Source: Dendrobates tinctorius
Lineage: Eukaryota
Assembly (NCBI RefSeq): GCF_039654945.1
Contig: NW_027361850.1
Coordinates: forward strand, 6,448,001-6,512,000
Direction: 5' to 3'
DNA: 64,000 bases
This document shows, one piece after another, positions 1-12,482 of this stretch (positions are counted from its first letter, which is position 1; every line of letters starts with the position of its first letter). The position numbers and the translations under genes are program-made. A model generated the notes under the pieces. The model was given only the letters and a program-made list of their open reading frames with translations. It was not told the origin of the DNA and did no database searches.

Positions 1-35
<35 letters not shown>

Positions 36-154
36 TATTTATGCATGAAAGGTGCGGGGTCAGAGGGAAGCAAAAGTATTAAGAGAATCCTTATGTGAAA
101 CACAATTGAATTATATCATTATATGATCTCAAAAAAGGGGTGGCAGATTCCCTT

Positions 155-966
155 TAAGGGTACTTAAACCACAGCGCCATTAATTAATTTAATTAGTTAA
201 GAAGTGTATAGCTCCCCCCAGAGTCAGATTTTCTCCGGGGTCTCGGCTGCAGGTGGCAGCTGAGACCCCTCAGAACATGATTCGGGTCTGTTTTTAACCA
301 ACCTCGCTTTTGTGATTGCCGTCATTAACCATATAACGGCGACTGCAAGTAAAAAAAATTCGGAATTTTACTTTCACTTTCTCTCTCCTCTGATGTGATC
401 GCACATCAGAGGAGAGAGAAACAGGGTCCCCGACCCCCCCCGGTCGTCCTCGGGACCTCCTGCCTCCTCTGGTGGGTGCCGCTATCTGGGTCCGGGAAGA
501 AAGTGGCGGGCGTATGCGCAGTGCGCCCGCCGAATCTGCAGGCTGGCAGATTCCATTCAATGTACATTTTGATTACTGTGATAAACCCTATCACAGTAAA
601 AAAAAAAAAAATAGTAAATAACCCCAACTTTATTACCTCCTTAGTGAGGGAAAGAAAATGAAATAAAGAAAATATATTTTTCCATTAGGGTTAGGATTAT
701 GGTTAGGGGTGTGTTGGAGCTAGAATTGAGGGGTTTCCACTATTCTAGACACATCGGGGGGGTCTCCAAAAGCGACATGGCGCCACCATTGACTCCAACC
801 AATTTTGCGTTCAAAAAGTCAAATGGTGCTCCCTCCCTCCCGAACCCAGATGTGTGCCCAAACAGTGGTTTATCCCAACATCAGCATACTCAAGACAAAT
901 TGCACACCGACTTTGGGGGTCTAATTTGTCCTGTTACCCTTGGGAAAATAAAAAAAATTGGGGTCT

Positions 967-1017
<51 letters not shown>

Positions 1018-1110
1018 GGGGGGGGGGGGGGGTCTAGTTTCCAAAATGGGGTCACTTGTTGGGGGTTTCTACTGTTTAGTTACATCAGGGGCTCTGCAAA
1101 CGCAATATGA
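155..1110 (+). mobile_element. Truncated non-autonomous DNA transposon, same family as 39737-42100
   Basis: Shares colinear blocks with ~40200-40980 (e.g. atggcgccaccatt, ttttgcgttcaaaaagtc, ctagtttccaaaatggggtcac) and a short TTAGGG-like tract at ~685-725. Boundaries approximate. Confidence 0.7.
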
Positions 1111-1119
1111 ACATTCCAT

Positions 1120-2795
1120 TCCCTGCGTGGGGAACGCCCTTATCCGGAAGAGAGAGTGGTAGTGGACCAACCCGGATTGGTGCGAAAGGACCGAAACCGG
1201 ATTTGTTGCTGATGCCAAAGAGGACACCCAAGCCTTGCTGGGGAAGAAATCTGCTCTTTACTCTCGAAGCATCAGAGATAAGCTGATCGAGCTTCTCTCC
1301 AAATAAATGGCCACTCTGGTAAGGAAGAGATGTCAGTTTTTGGACGCAGAGTCCGCTTTCCACTCTCTAAGCCATAATCGTGTTGGCATTTGCCGCTGAT
1401 CGTGTAGCGCAGCTAGCTGCATCCAAAGAGGAGTCCAGGAGACTATTGCTTTAGCTACCCCCACCGCATTATATGGACAGAGTACTGAATCTGATGCCTC
1501 AAAGACAAAGTGAGCCAGATTCGTTGATGGGTCCATGGGACTTTTAACTGAGGATCCATCCGGCCAGAAGGGTTCTGGATGCCAGGCGAGATACTGGCGG
1601 GTCTACAGCAGGATATTCAGCCCAATCTTTCCGCAGAGCAGCTGAAAAAGGGTACCTCGCCTCAAGAGGCTTCTGACCTGTGAGGTGTTTATCTGGTCGC
1701 TCCATGTGCCGGTTAACTATAACCCGAACCTCCGGGTGAATGGCAAACACTGAATGAGGGCTTGAAGGACAGTACGTGATCTGGGACAGAACCAGAATTT
1801 TCATCAACTTTCAGAGTCTGGTTGATGGCCTCAATAAGCGAACCCACTGTTTTCTGGAAGTCTGCCGAGTCCAGATCCAAGACTCGTCTTGTTCACTGCA
1901 AATCTCTGGTGAGGGAGAGCAAAAAACAGAGCTCACAGATGCCCAGGCACATCATTGCTCAGGTAACGTACTACGGATCCATTTTCTAGATACCTGTACA
2001 TTTCTAGAATACTTGCAGCCCCTGCTAGCCGACGTCTCCCATGTAGGAGAGGATCCATCTATATCGGTCCTGCGAATGCTCCGATCCAGAGGGATTCAAT
2101 CTCTTTGGCCAGAGAAGCCAAGGATTGGAACAGTGACGAAGCCCAATCAGGGGAACTAGGTACAATGGGATCGTGGCGGAAGGCTCCTGAGCGCATTTGT
2201 GGTTACAGGCTTTGCACAGTGAAGACTGTAATAGTCTTATTAGACTTTTTGGGAGCTTTGGACTGGGACATGGTTCCTTTAAGGCCGGAGAATACTGCAG
2301 GGGGATTCTGCAGTGCCTCCATACCTGGATCCTGTATCCCCGAAGTCCGCGTTGAATTAGCGCTGTCCTCGGCGCTGAATACCATCGGGTCCAATGCAGC
2401 AGCCGCTTCTGGATGCCAGCTCGTGTCTGGAAGCGGCAGAATGAATATGGCCACCGAGAGTATGCTGCCAGTGCTCTCGTCCTGGACGAGAAGCGCCAGA
2501 ATAGTGGGGGGAGTCGCCAGAGCGCGTCATAGCGCGGGCGGAGCCTCTGGAGTTGCGGCCTACACAAGGCCAAAGTGCCGAACAGGGAAGGAGACCCCCT
2601 GTAGCCAAAACGCGGATCTGCTGGTACCAGCGCCGCCCAGACCGCTGTGCAGAGCTCTCCAGCCGCGGCACTTACCAAAGAAGCTGCCAGATGGCAGAGT
2701 ACGCAGCTCTATCCAGCAGGTCAGAAATATAGAAACTTCATCTGCTGTTTGGACGGTGCAGGGATAAAGAGGAACCTTCAGTCCACCATCCCTTT
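1120..2795 (-). mobile_element. Degenerate DIRS1-like retrotransposon fragment (ORF1/gag region)
   Basis: Minus-strand ORF pieces YPFSAALRKDWAEYPAVDPPVSRLASRTLL, LAHFVFEAS and LFGEKLDQLISD are homologous to ORF1 of the DIRS at 32131-32800. Confidence 0.8.
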
Positions 2796-2982
2796 AATAA
2801 GGAGGTGGAGAGTGACCGTCCGCCTCCTTGCATTATCCGCTTTAACAGTGGTGATGCAGTGAGGGCTGCACGGACGCCAGATTTATTATATATTTTAGGA
2901 GTCGAAGTCGGTCCATTTTATACCGACTCCACCAAAATGGGCTCCGACTTCACAGCCCAGCTGGTCAGGTTACTTTATCAGC

Positions 2983-3392
2983 TTAAAGCACCACTCCATT
3001 GGGTTTCTTTTTCAGCGCTTTCTGGGGTGGCGCTTTAAGTGTAAGTCCCGTGCTCTCTAGTCACCCTCCGTCGTCTTCAACGTTTTGCGGTACCGCTCCG
3101 GTCCTGTGGCAACATCTTGTGAGCGTAACTTCTGACTGGCCAGAACTCAGAAGCTACGTCATGAGCTTTCAATGCGAGTCTATGAGAACCAGAACAAGGC
3201 TTTCATAGAGATGTATTGAAAAGTGACCTCCGGTATTCTCCTTGAAACAATGGAGCTGCCAACAGGTCACTTTTCACGAGAGACCAATGCTAGAAACGAT
3301 GAAGGAGCGGCAGACGAGTACGAGACGGAGGATTACATTTAAAACACCACTCCATCAGGGCAATATAAAAGAATGATGGAGTGGTGCTTTAA
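2983..3392. mobile_element. TTAA-flanked MITE (Kolobok/T2-type)
   Basis: TTAA-AGCACCACTCCA ... TGGAGTGGTGCT-TTAA terminal inverted repeats. Confidence 0.75.
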
Positions 3393-3533
3393 CAGAAGCT
3401 AAAAAGATTGAACATATGAAAGCAAAGTGGTTTTGACTCTACATTGCTTATGATCAGTCTTTTGAGCATTTAAAGCTTTATTGGACAGGTTGCGGAGCAG
3501 AGCCACGTGAAAAAACGTTGTGTGCAAATACCT

Positions 3534-4074
3534 TTAAAGCGAACCTGTCAGCAGTTTTGGCCGATATAAGATGCGGCCACTGCCTTTCAGGGCTTCTCTA
3601 CAGCATTCTATAATGTTGTAGATAGGCCCCTGGTCCGACCTGAAAGATAAGAAAAATTAGTTTTATTAAACTCACCCGGGTGGGGGGCGGTCCGGTGCGG
3701 TCCAGTCCGATGGGTGTCGCAGGTCCTGGTCAGAGAGACCCAGTGAGAGACACCGGGAAAGGTCAGAGAGACCCAGCGCCTGTGAACTGCAGTACTTTGC
3801 TCTGCCCTCAACAGGGCAGATAAGAACGCCTGCCCTGGGGCGCGATGCCAAGGAGCCATAGAGCAATAGAAGGGCAACAGCGAAAGAAGATGGGAGGCAC
3901 CGGACCTGCAACACCTATCGGACCGGACCACCCCGGGGCGAGTATAATAAATTTTTCTTATCTTCCAGGTCGGATCGGGGCCTTATCTACATCATTATAG
4001 AATGCTGTAGATAAGCCCTGAAAGGCAGTGGCCGTATCTTATAGCAGCCAAACCTGCTGACAGGTTCTCTTTAA
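3534..4074. mobile_element. TTAA-flanked palindromic MITE (Kolobok/T2-type)
   Basis: TTAA-AGCGAACCTGTCAGCAG ... CTGCTGACAGGTTCTCT-TTAA; long inverted arms; sister copy at 39163-39736. Confidence 0.8.
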
Positions 4075-4461
4075 GGCTTCTTTCACACATCCGGCTTTGT
4101 GTCTCCGGCTCCGTGCGGCGAAAAGCCGTAGGGGCGGATCCGGGATGTGCCGGAGACACTGGATGCCTGTGGCGCTGGATACGGTGGCGCCCACATTTAA
4201 AAGAGCAGCGCGAGACTCGGAGTCTCCGCGCATGCGCTCTGAGAAAAACCTGTCCGGCGCTGTCAAAAAACGTTGCAGCGAACGTTTTTTGCAGACTCCG
4301 GACGGCTACTTTTTGCCGTATCCGGCAAAAACCGCATGCGCCGCATACCCATCCGGCACGGTGCGGCGACAATACAACTCTATGTGACAAAACCGGATCC
4401 GGTTGTTCCAAGTTTCGCCGCATCGTGCCGGATTCAAAAAGCCGGATGTGTGAAAGCAGCC
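4075..4461. mobile_element. Harbinger/PIF-type MITE
   Basis: TIR GGCT(T/G)CTTTCACACATCCGGC at both ends; TAA target duplication. Confidence 0.8.
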
Positions 4462-4687
4462 TAAGAATCTAAATGCCCAGAGCAATCCACCAAGAAATGC
4501 TGGAAAATGTCAGCTCTGCAGTGTCCAGCATTGTGAATGCAGCTGATTTTTGAACACCAGCAGTAAATCCAGAATGGACAGAGGTGGCCACATTTTTGTG
4601 TGTCATGGTTTTCACGCCTCTGGACGTTACCAGTTTCTCTGGTGAAACTTTAGGGAGACACCTCGTTATTAGCCCCTGGTGTCTCAC

Positions 4688-4855
4688 CCTGTAATTAGAC
4701 AGCAGGAACTTCGCCTCATACAGAAGTCTTCGCACTCTCCCTTCAACTTTCACAAGTTCAACCCCCTCCGCTCCTCTTCTCAGGAAGGGGTTGGTGGCTC
4801 CCCAGAGTATGGACACAACCAGCAGGGACAGCACCTCAGAGGCAGACAGAGGCAT
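4688..4855 (-). CDS. TMEM234: TMEM234 first coding exon (56 codons); downstream exons not found, probably left of the window
   Basis: ATG at 4855-4853 gives MPLSASEVLSLLVVSILWGATNPFLRRGAEG...LLSNYR, colinear with the TMEM234 N-terminus (LWG-T-P motif). Donor AGG|GTGAGA at 4687. Head-to-head with EIF3I as in mammals. Confidence 0.88.
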
Positions 4856-4859
4856 GAGG

Positions 4860-5063
4860 AGCCGCAATCCACTGGTAGTCACTGCCGGTAAGCAACGTAT
4901 GAGGCGAGGCTACCGGACCAGAAGCATCGCTTCCCTGCTGGTGCAGTATGCTGACGTCATCTCCGGCGCAGGGACCATAGAGAGCCGGAAGTAGATACTC
5001 TCTCGTCCCCACTTCCGGGTCCTTGCTACACGCGCCTCGGTGCAGCCGGCAGCAGCGTCTATC
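4860..5063. promoter_or_regulatory. Bidirectional CpG-rich promoter of TMEM234/EIF3I
   Basis: Lies between two divergent ATGs (4855 and 5064). Palindromic CRE TGACGTCA at 4952-4959. Inverted ETS/GABP-type sites CCGGAAGT 4985-4992 and ACTTCCGG 5011-5018. Confidence 0.8.
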
Positions 5064-5066
5064 ATG
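5064..5066 (+). CDS. EIF3I: EIF3I exon 1 (coding part is ATG only)
   Basis: atcATG|GTGAGT strong donor; joins in frame to [11 protein letters not shown] of exon 2. Confidence 0.85.
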
Positions 5067-5401
5067 GTGAGTGAGCGGAGACATCACGAGTTCTCTTTTA
5101 TGGAGGAGACACTCTGGACGGTTCCCGGTCCCCTGTATGTCAGGTTCCCACAGCCATGACACCCGCCGTATGCGTGTCACAACAGCTGGAGGTCGGCTGA
5201 GGGCGCTACTGGAATTGTGCCGACACTGGGCTGTTCTCACAGGAATGATTGCGGGTCACCTATTTTCCCAGTGACCCTGCTGCACTGGGTGACATTGAGA
5301 GATCTCATTTAACCTTTTACTGGAAAGATGAAATCTCTAACATGAAATAACTACTTGATCACTTCAGGGTGCCAGTTAGAATAAAAATAAGGGCTCCTCT
5401 C

Positions 5402-7368
5402 CTGCAGCCAATCATCGGACACACTGATCTGCTGTGCTGCCGCTCACCAATAGTCGGTCAGGGCAGACGACCGCTCTGACAAAATGGTAGTCTGCAGCCA
5501 ATCGGACACACTGATCTGCTGTGCTGCCGCTCACCAATAGTCGGTCACAGCCGACGACCGCTCTGACAAAATGGTAGTCTGCAGCCAATCATCGGACACA
5601 CTGATCAGCTGTGCTGCCGCTCACCAATAGTCGGTCACAGCCGACGACCGCTCTGACAAAATGGTAGTCTGCAGCCAATCATCGGACACACTGATCTGCT
5701 GTGCGGCCGCTCACCAATAGTTGGTCACAGCAGATGTCCACTCTGGCAAAATGGTAGTCTGCAGCCAATCGGACACACTGATCTGCTGTGCTGCCGCTCA
5801 CCAATAGTCGGTCACAGCAGACGACCGCTCTGACAAAATGGTAGTCTGCAGCCAATCGGACACACTGATCTGCTGTGCTGCCGCTCACCAATAGTCGGTC
5901 ACAGCAGATGTCCACTCTGACAAAATGGTAGTCTGCAGCCAGTCATCGGACACACTGATCTGCTGTGCTGCCGCTCACCAATAGTCGGTCAGGGCAGACG
6001 ACCGCTCTGACAAAATGGTAGTCTGCAGCCAATCATCGGACACACTGATCTGCTGTGCTGCCGCTCACCAATAGTCGGTCAGGGCAGATGACCGCTCTGA
6101 CAAAATGGTAGTCTGCAGCCAATCATCGGACACACTGAGCTGCTGTGCTGCCGCTCACCAATAGTCGGTCAGGGCAGATGACCGCTCTGACAAAATGGTA
6201 GTCTGCAGCCAATCATCGGACACACTGAGCTGCTGTGCTGCCGCTCACCAATAGTCGGTCACAGCAGACGACCGCTCTGACAAAATGGTAGTCTGCAGCC
6301 AATCATCGGACACACTGATCTGCTGTGCGGCCACTCACCAATAGTTGGTCACAGCAGATGTCCACTCTGACAAAATGGTAGTCTGCAGCCAATTGGACAC
6401 ACTGATCTGCTGTGCAGCCGCTCACCAATAGTCGGTCACAGCAGACGACCTCTCTGACTAAATGGTAGTCTGCAGCCAATCATTGGACACACTGATCAGC
6501 TGTGCTGCCGCTCACCAATAGTTGGTCACAGCAGACGACCGCTCTGACAAAATGGTAGTCTGCAGCCAATCATCGGACACACTGATCTGCTGTGCGGCCG
6601 CTCACCAATAGTCGGTCAGGGCAGACGACCGCTCTGACAAAATGGTAGTCTGCAGCCAATCATCGGACACACTGATCTGCTGTGCGGCCGCTCACCAATA
6701 GTTGGTCACAGCAGATGTCCACTCTGACAAAATGGTAGTCTGCAGCCAATCAGACACACTGATCTGCTGTGCTGCCGCTCAACAATAGTCGTCAGGGCAG
6801 ACGACCGCTCTGACAAAATGGTAGTCTGCAGCCAATCATCGGACACACTGATCTGCTGTGCTGCCGCTCACCAATAGTCGGTCACAGCAGACGACCGCTC
6901 TGACAAAATGGTAGTCTGCAGCCAATCGGACACACTGATCTGCTGTGCAGCCGCTCACCAATAGTCGGTCACAGCAGACGACCTCTCTGACTAAATGGTA
7001 GTCTGCAGCCAATCATTGGACACACTGACCAGCTGTGCTGCCGCTCACCAATAGTTGGTCACAGCAGACGACCGCTCTGACAAAATGGTAGTCTGCAGCC
7101 AATCATTGGACACACTGATCAGCTGTGCTGCCGCTCACCAATAGTTGGTCACAGCAGACGACCGCTCTGACAAAATGGTAGTCTGCAGCCAATCATCGGA
7201 CACACTGATCTGCTGTGCGGCCGCTCACCAATAGCCGGTCAGGGCAGACGACCGCTCTGACAAAATGGTAGTCTGCAGCCAATCAGCGGACACACTGATC
7301 TGCTGTGCTGCCGCTCACCAATATTCTGTCAGGGCAGATGTCCACTCTGACAAAATGGTAGTCTGCAG
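5402..7368 (+). repeat. Tandem array of an 87/90-bp unit, ~22 copies, in EIF3I intron 1
   Basis: Unit ctgcagccaatcatcggacacactgatctgctgtgctgccgctcaccaatagtcggtcacagcagacgaccgctctgacaaaatggtagt; copies highly similar. Confidence 0.97.
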
Positions 7369-10300
7369 CAGGGGCTGGCTGGCAAGTTTAGGCCTGGGGG
7401 GCAGTCACAAAGCAGAGGCTCTCGAGTTGCAGCGGCTCAGCTTTAGCCGGCTTATTTCTGTATTAAAGCATCATAGGTTAAAGTCTTTAAACATAATGGT
7501 GGCATAGAAATGTTACCTGAATGATGCCTACTACATAGATACAGTGACGAAAACAAATTTCCTACACAGATACGAGAACAGAGCTTAGTACATCAATATA
7601 GAAACAGAACCACGCTTACTTCATAGATACTGGGACACAACAAAGCTTGCTACATAGATATCGGGACAGAACCAAGCTTACTGCATAAATATGGTACCAA
7701 AGCTGAGATTACTGCATAAGTACAGAAACAGCCAAGCTTACTGCACAGATACAGGAACAGAATCAAGCTTACAACAAAGATATAGTACTAGAATTGTTCT
7801 TACTACATAGATATAGCAGCACAAATAAGCTAACTACAGAAAAATAGGGACAGAATACAGTTTGAGTACAGACTCAGTTAGAAATTGCATGTTATTCTCA
7901 TTTTACCAAACTCAAACAGCAAGTTATGTTAACAAAAGCTGAACACTACAAAAGGTATATAGTGAGTATATATAGTATTTTTGCACACCACCTTAAAAAC
8001 AATCCCTCAAAAATAAATTCTGACTTATTTTTGGGATACTGTTAGGATTCGGCTGTTTCCACATGCTTTGAACTTGTCAAATTACCGCTCCATGTACAGT
8101 TTGCCGACATAAAATCATGCCAACCTGTTTCTCTTCTGCGCTTCTCAACTGAAGCAATGAGAGACGAAGAAGAGTAAGCTGGTGGCATGTGATTGTTTCT
8201 AAGCAATTAGCATATGGACCAGTAATGTAAAGAGCTCAGAGAGTGTGAAAACAGCCAAGTCCCAAGACCACATGCACATGGTGAATATTTGGTGACTTTT
8301 TTTTTACCTCAGTATCTGTAAGCCAATACCAGGAGTGGGTGATAAATACAGAAGTGGTGACGTGTTTCTATTATACTTTTCTCTGATTGTTCCACTCCTG
8401 GTTTTGGCTTATAAATACGGAGGTAAAATACTGACCAGATACTGAGCATGTGAACGTGGCCTAATAGTACAATACACAATGTTAGGAGTCAGAGTCAAAT
8501 CCTACAACTGTAGTGGGCACCTCTTTAAGGGTAACTTGTCATCTTGAGAAACACTTTATCTGCCGACATGGGGTCAATCTGGAGGTAAATAGCGTTTTAA
8601 GCCCGGTTAGTTGGCTTTCTGGAAAAGCCCTTGTCTACAAGGAGAAAATTTAAATTCTCTCTGCCGCCTCTCCATTTCCTGTGATAGCATCTGTGCAAGG
8701 AGGTGTTGCAGTCACCGCTCACTACAAAGTGACAGTGCAGTAATAACTTCTTGCTCTTTGATTGTGACATCTTCCAAGGAACCCAAACTCAGGCTGGGCT
8801 TCATAGAATGACCAACATGGCAGCAACACATGGCCACTGTAAGGTAGCGCTCACGGAGTGCATTGGGGGACACTCACTTGACAGCACTATAACATACAGG
8901 GAGACTCAATTTCCTTAAAAGGTCTCCTGGGTTTATTGCTCCATATCCCCAGCAGCACAAACACAGAGTAGTCAGCCTTTAGGTCCGGCAACATAAAATA
9001 ATGTCCATAAACAGGTCTTTGCTCCCTCAGACCCTGTTCACACACAGGGCTAGGGCAATGTCCGTTAAACATTCAGTTCCGTAGGACAGTACAGTCTCTT
9101 ACTGACCGGGGTCAGTGCCACTCACGGTTGTCCGACCGTCCACTCTGGAGGTATCTCACAGACCTCGTTCCTCTGGTTCAGGAAAGCCAGCACTGCTTCC
9201 CCAGGCTGTGCGATATCCAGCAAGCAGGGTTGGCCTGGAGCCACACACAGGGGGCCTTCTACCTCCCAGGTCACAGACAACTCTGTAGTGTCCCAGCTGG
9301 ACACATGGAAGTCTGTGCACAATCCAGACTCCCAATCTTCTCTCATGCGCTAAACACACCTTCATTATGTAGCTGTAACCCCACCCCCAGGTGAGGTATG
9401 GATCACATGGCTGGTCACCTGGTCATGACCTCACGGCAGGTCCCGCATATACCTGCAGGTCCTGAAGGAAAACAGGGGTACAGCCAGCACCCTCACCCAA
9501 AGGTGAGGTCATATGGTTAGCCTGACCCTCCCATCTCTCATAGCTACCCGGACCCAGGTGCACTAACCGTTATCTTAGTGCTCATGTGCACTAATAATAA
9601 AACACTCCGGGTTGCATCTCAGGGAGCATCCATCCCTGTGACGTATATCGGCCATTCACAACCCTGACAGTTATTGTTTCTGCATCACCACAGAGGGAAC
9701 GCCTGTATGCATGACCTGGGGATCCCGTACAGCACCCCCTAGCTGTCACAGGGGTCATTGCATCACACCACCCATCAGCAACTTGCAGCTATATCACAGG
9801 GGGCTGATGGGAACTGGTGAGTGTATGCATCAGCCATCTAAATGCCACTGTTAGTGATTGACGAGGGCATTTAAATACTTAAAACAGCAACAACCGTGAT
9901 CTCTGATCACTGCTGTTAAAGGCAGACGCCGGCTGGTAGCGTATCCGATGTCTGCCTGTATGGAGCAGGCTCAGCGCCTGAACCTGCTTTACAAAATCAC
10001 ATCCCTATGGTGACATAGCTATGGCAACATGCGCAAGGGGGTTCATTTCACTTGTCTGTTCCTAAACTTGGAAAGACAAATGGAATTCCCTAACACATGT
10101 GAAACATGAATATTTTTACACAACACAATGCACTATTACATACATGCATGTTAAAAAAAATACATACATTTCTGGATACACAAAAACCTGCAAAGACATG
10201 CACACACAAACATGAACACACAGAGGTATACACACAGATGTGCACACACACAGTACGCAAACATCAGTACATGAATACAATACCTCACCCACCATCAGTA

Positions 10301-11683
10301 CATTGTGCATCAATTGTAATTTCAGGCCAGACCTGTATACAGTTGTATCGCATAAACCTGCAACTCCCTGTATGTCCTTAACAATGGTAATGAGATACTA
10401 GGAGTTGTTATCAGTCCTGATCAGACTGTGGACCATACAGGAACCACAGTACTGATGAGAGTTAGTATCAGAGATAAACATTTACATACAGGTATCTTTC
10501 TAGTGACATCTCTAATTAAAGTTCTCTTTCTTTCTCGCTTCATTGGGGGACACAGGTAACCATGGGTGTTTGCTGCTGTCGCTAGGAGGCTGACTTCCAT
10601 CTTCGCCGTTGTCCTGCAGCACATCCCCACACAATGCCCTTAAAAATAAGTGCTGTTCTAATGCTCCATACTAAATATATCTGCCTTACGCTGAGCCCCT
10701 AAATAAATTGTTGCCTCTAACCATATTGCCTGCACAAAATATGACGCCACGCTCTGTCCCTCTAATGGTACATGCCCTCCACTCTGCCCTCTCCTTTCCA
10801 TACTGGACCCTCATCACACTGTCCTCTCACACTGTGTCCCTTGTATACTGTGCCCCTCATCACACCCCCATCCTCAGCAGACTGTCCCCCCCCCCCATGC
10901 TACCCGTTTTTTATACCGCCCTTCCACACTACCCATTCTGCTCTGTCTCCACACACTTTCCTCCCTAAATACAGTCATGTCTCCTCACACCTTTTCCCTT
11001 AATAGTTATCAAGCATAATAAGTCTTTGGATGTGCACACATACATAGACATGCATATGCACACTGATATGTATGCAAACACACACACAGATACGCACGCA
11101 GACATGCTTATATACACTTAACACCCTCGCAACACCCACATAGACATGCACATAGACCTGCCTATAAACACAAACGCATGCAGACAGGCTTATTGACAGA
11201 CACACACGAAATGCATGTAAACACATTCGCAGACACGCACACAAACAGACACGCTTAGACACACGCAAATGTGCACATATACACAGACACTTACCCAGAT
11301 ATACTGTATATATGGGCAGTCACAGACATATTTGAAGACTTATACAGTATACAAAAATTCTTGTAAAATTCATATGTACAGACATATAAATATACAGAAA
11401 CAATATATGTGTACACACTTATTAGGGGAGGTTCCCTCCCCCCCATTCCTCTGACTTGTCTCTGGCCCACATGCTCCTTTGAAGCTCCTCTCCAGCAGGA
11501 GGATGGCAGGGCGCACTGCATTTTATCATTTTAGCAGACAGGGCCGTATCTGCTAGCTGTGATGCGGCCGGGCCGTCACGCAAACAGTGCTGGTCTGGCC
11601 GAAGAAGCAGCCGGTCTTGTGGCCCTGCACAGCTGCTGGAGAAGCGGCTCGGGGGGCATATGCCCCTCTGCCCCCCAGCCCTG
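7369..11683. mobile_element. hAT-like non-autonomous element with nested insertions, splitting the 90-bp array
   Basis: Ends CAGGGGCTGG ... CCAGCCCTG; 8-bp near-duplication GTCTGCAG (7361-7368) / GTTTGCAG (11684-11691). Confidence 0.65.
8838..9767. mobile_element. Probable solo LTR (gypsy-type)
   Basis: TGT...ACA ends flanked by a 4-bp duplication CCAC (8834-8837, 9768-9771); no coding capacity. Confidence 0.6.
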
Positions 11684-11945
11684 GTTTGCAGCCAATATTC
11701 GGACTAATTGATCTGCTGTGCTTAGGCTCACCATTAGTCCGTCAGAGCAGACATCCGCTCTTACAAAATGGTAGTCTGCAGCCAGTCATCGGACTCGTTG
11801 ATCTGCTGTGTGGCTCATCTGTAGTCTGTCAGAGCAGACATCCGCTCTGACACAATAGCAAAGTCTGCAGCCAATCAGATGACTCACTGAATGGCTGTGC
11901 TGCAGCTCATCAATATTCCATCAGAGTAGTAAAGTCTGCAGCCAG
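11684..11945 (+). repeat. About three diverged units of the 90-bp array
   Basis: gcagccaat...gatctgctgtg...gctcacca...gcagacatccgctct.acaaaatggtagtctgcagcc. Confidence 0.85.
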
Positions 11946-12389
11946 TCTGTGACCACGTGACCCAACAATGTTATGTCACTCACCAGAACACCCCCATCGC
12001 AGAATGGCACTGCTGTAAATGGTGAGTAGCAGTTGTTTCTATTCTGAATTGGGGGGGGGGGCCTGAAGTGACAGCCATTTCTACAGTTTACAAGATCTCT
12101 GCATGAAGTCTTTATGGTAATATGGTCACACAGGTGCAATGCTCATTACTGTACGGTTAGACCGGGTTCTGACAAGCATTTCTTAAGTATCGGATGCAAC
12201 AGATATGATCCGTTCTTTTATTTTTGTGCACCCATAAACTTCAATAGGTGAGTCTCATCCGCTATTCTGTGAGAGGTGGCTGAAGGACGCCAAACCTTTT
12301 TTAAGTGACACTTTATATGTAAATAAACCTGTTAGCATTAACTCTTGTAAGTTATACCCATCTTTTTAAAATATGATTTTTATTTTCAG

Positions 12390-12482
12390 AGACCCATCTT
12401 GCTTCAGGGCCATGAGCGGTCCATTACCCAAATTAAGTACAACCGAGATGGGGACCTGCTTCTCACAGTTGCCAAAGATCCA
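12390..12482 (+). CDS. EIF3I: EIF3I exon 2
   Basis: ttttcag|...[31 protein letters not shown]|gtaagt. Confidence 0.97.

Noticed and set aside
699-1162. Poly-Lys/poly-Gly ORFs
   Set aside because: Translations of long A and G homopolymers inside a TE; run lengths may also be sequencing artefacts.
2025-2767. 200+ aa ORFs on both strands as novel host genes
   Set aside because: GC-rich 5' region of the DIRS fragment; long open frames are expected by composition.
4469-4882. 137-aa single-exon ORF as the full TMEM234 protein
   Set aside because: Similarity stops at the GTGAGA donor at 4687 and the rest is intron read-through; the ORF-track start is a GTG upstream of the real ATG.
5402-7368. CRISPR-like regular array
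   Set aside because: Whole units repeat with no unique spacers, there are no cas genes and the context is a eukaryotic intron. It is a minisatellite; the same applies to 61808-62681.
10106-11454. His/Thr- and Cys/Val-rich ORFs
   Set aside because: Degenerate (CA)n-rich low-complexity sequence inside a TE.
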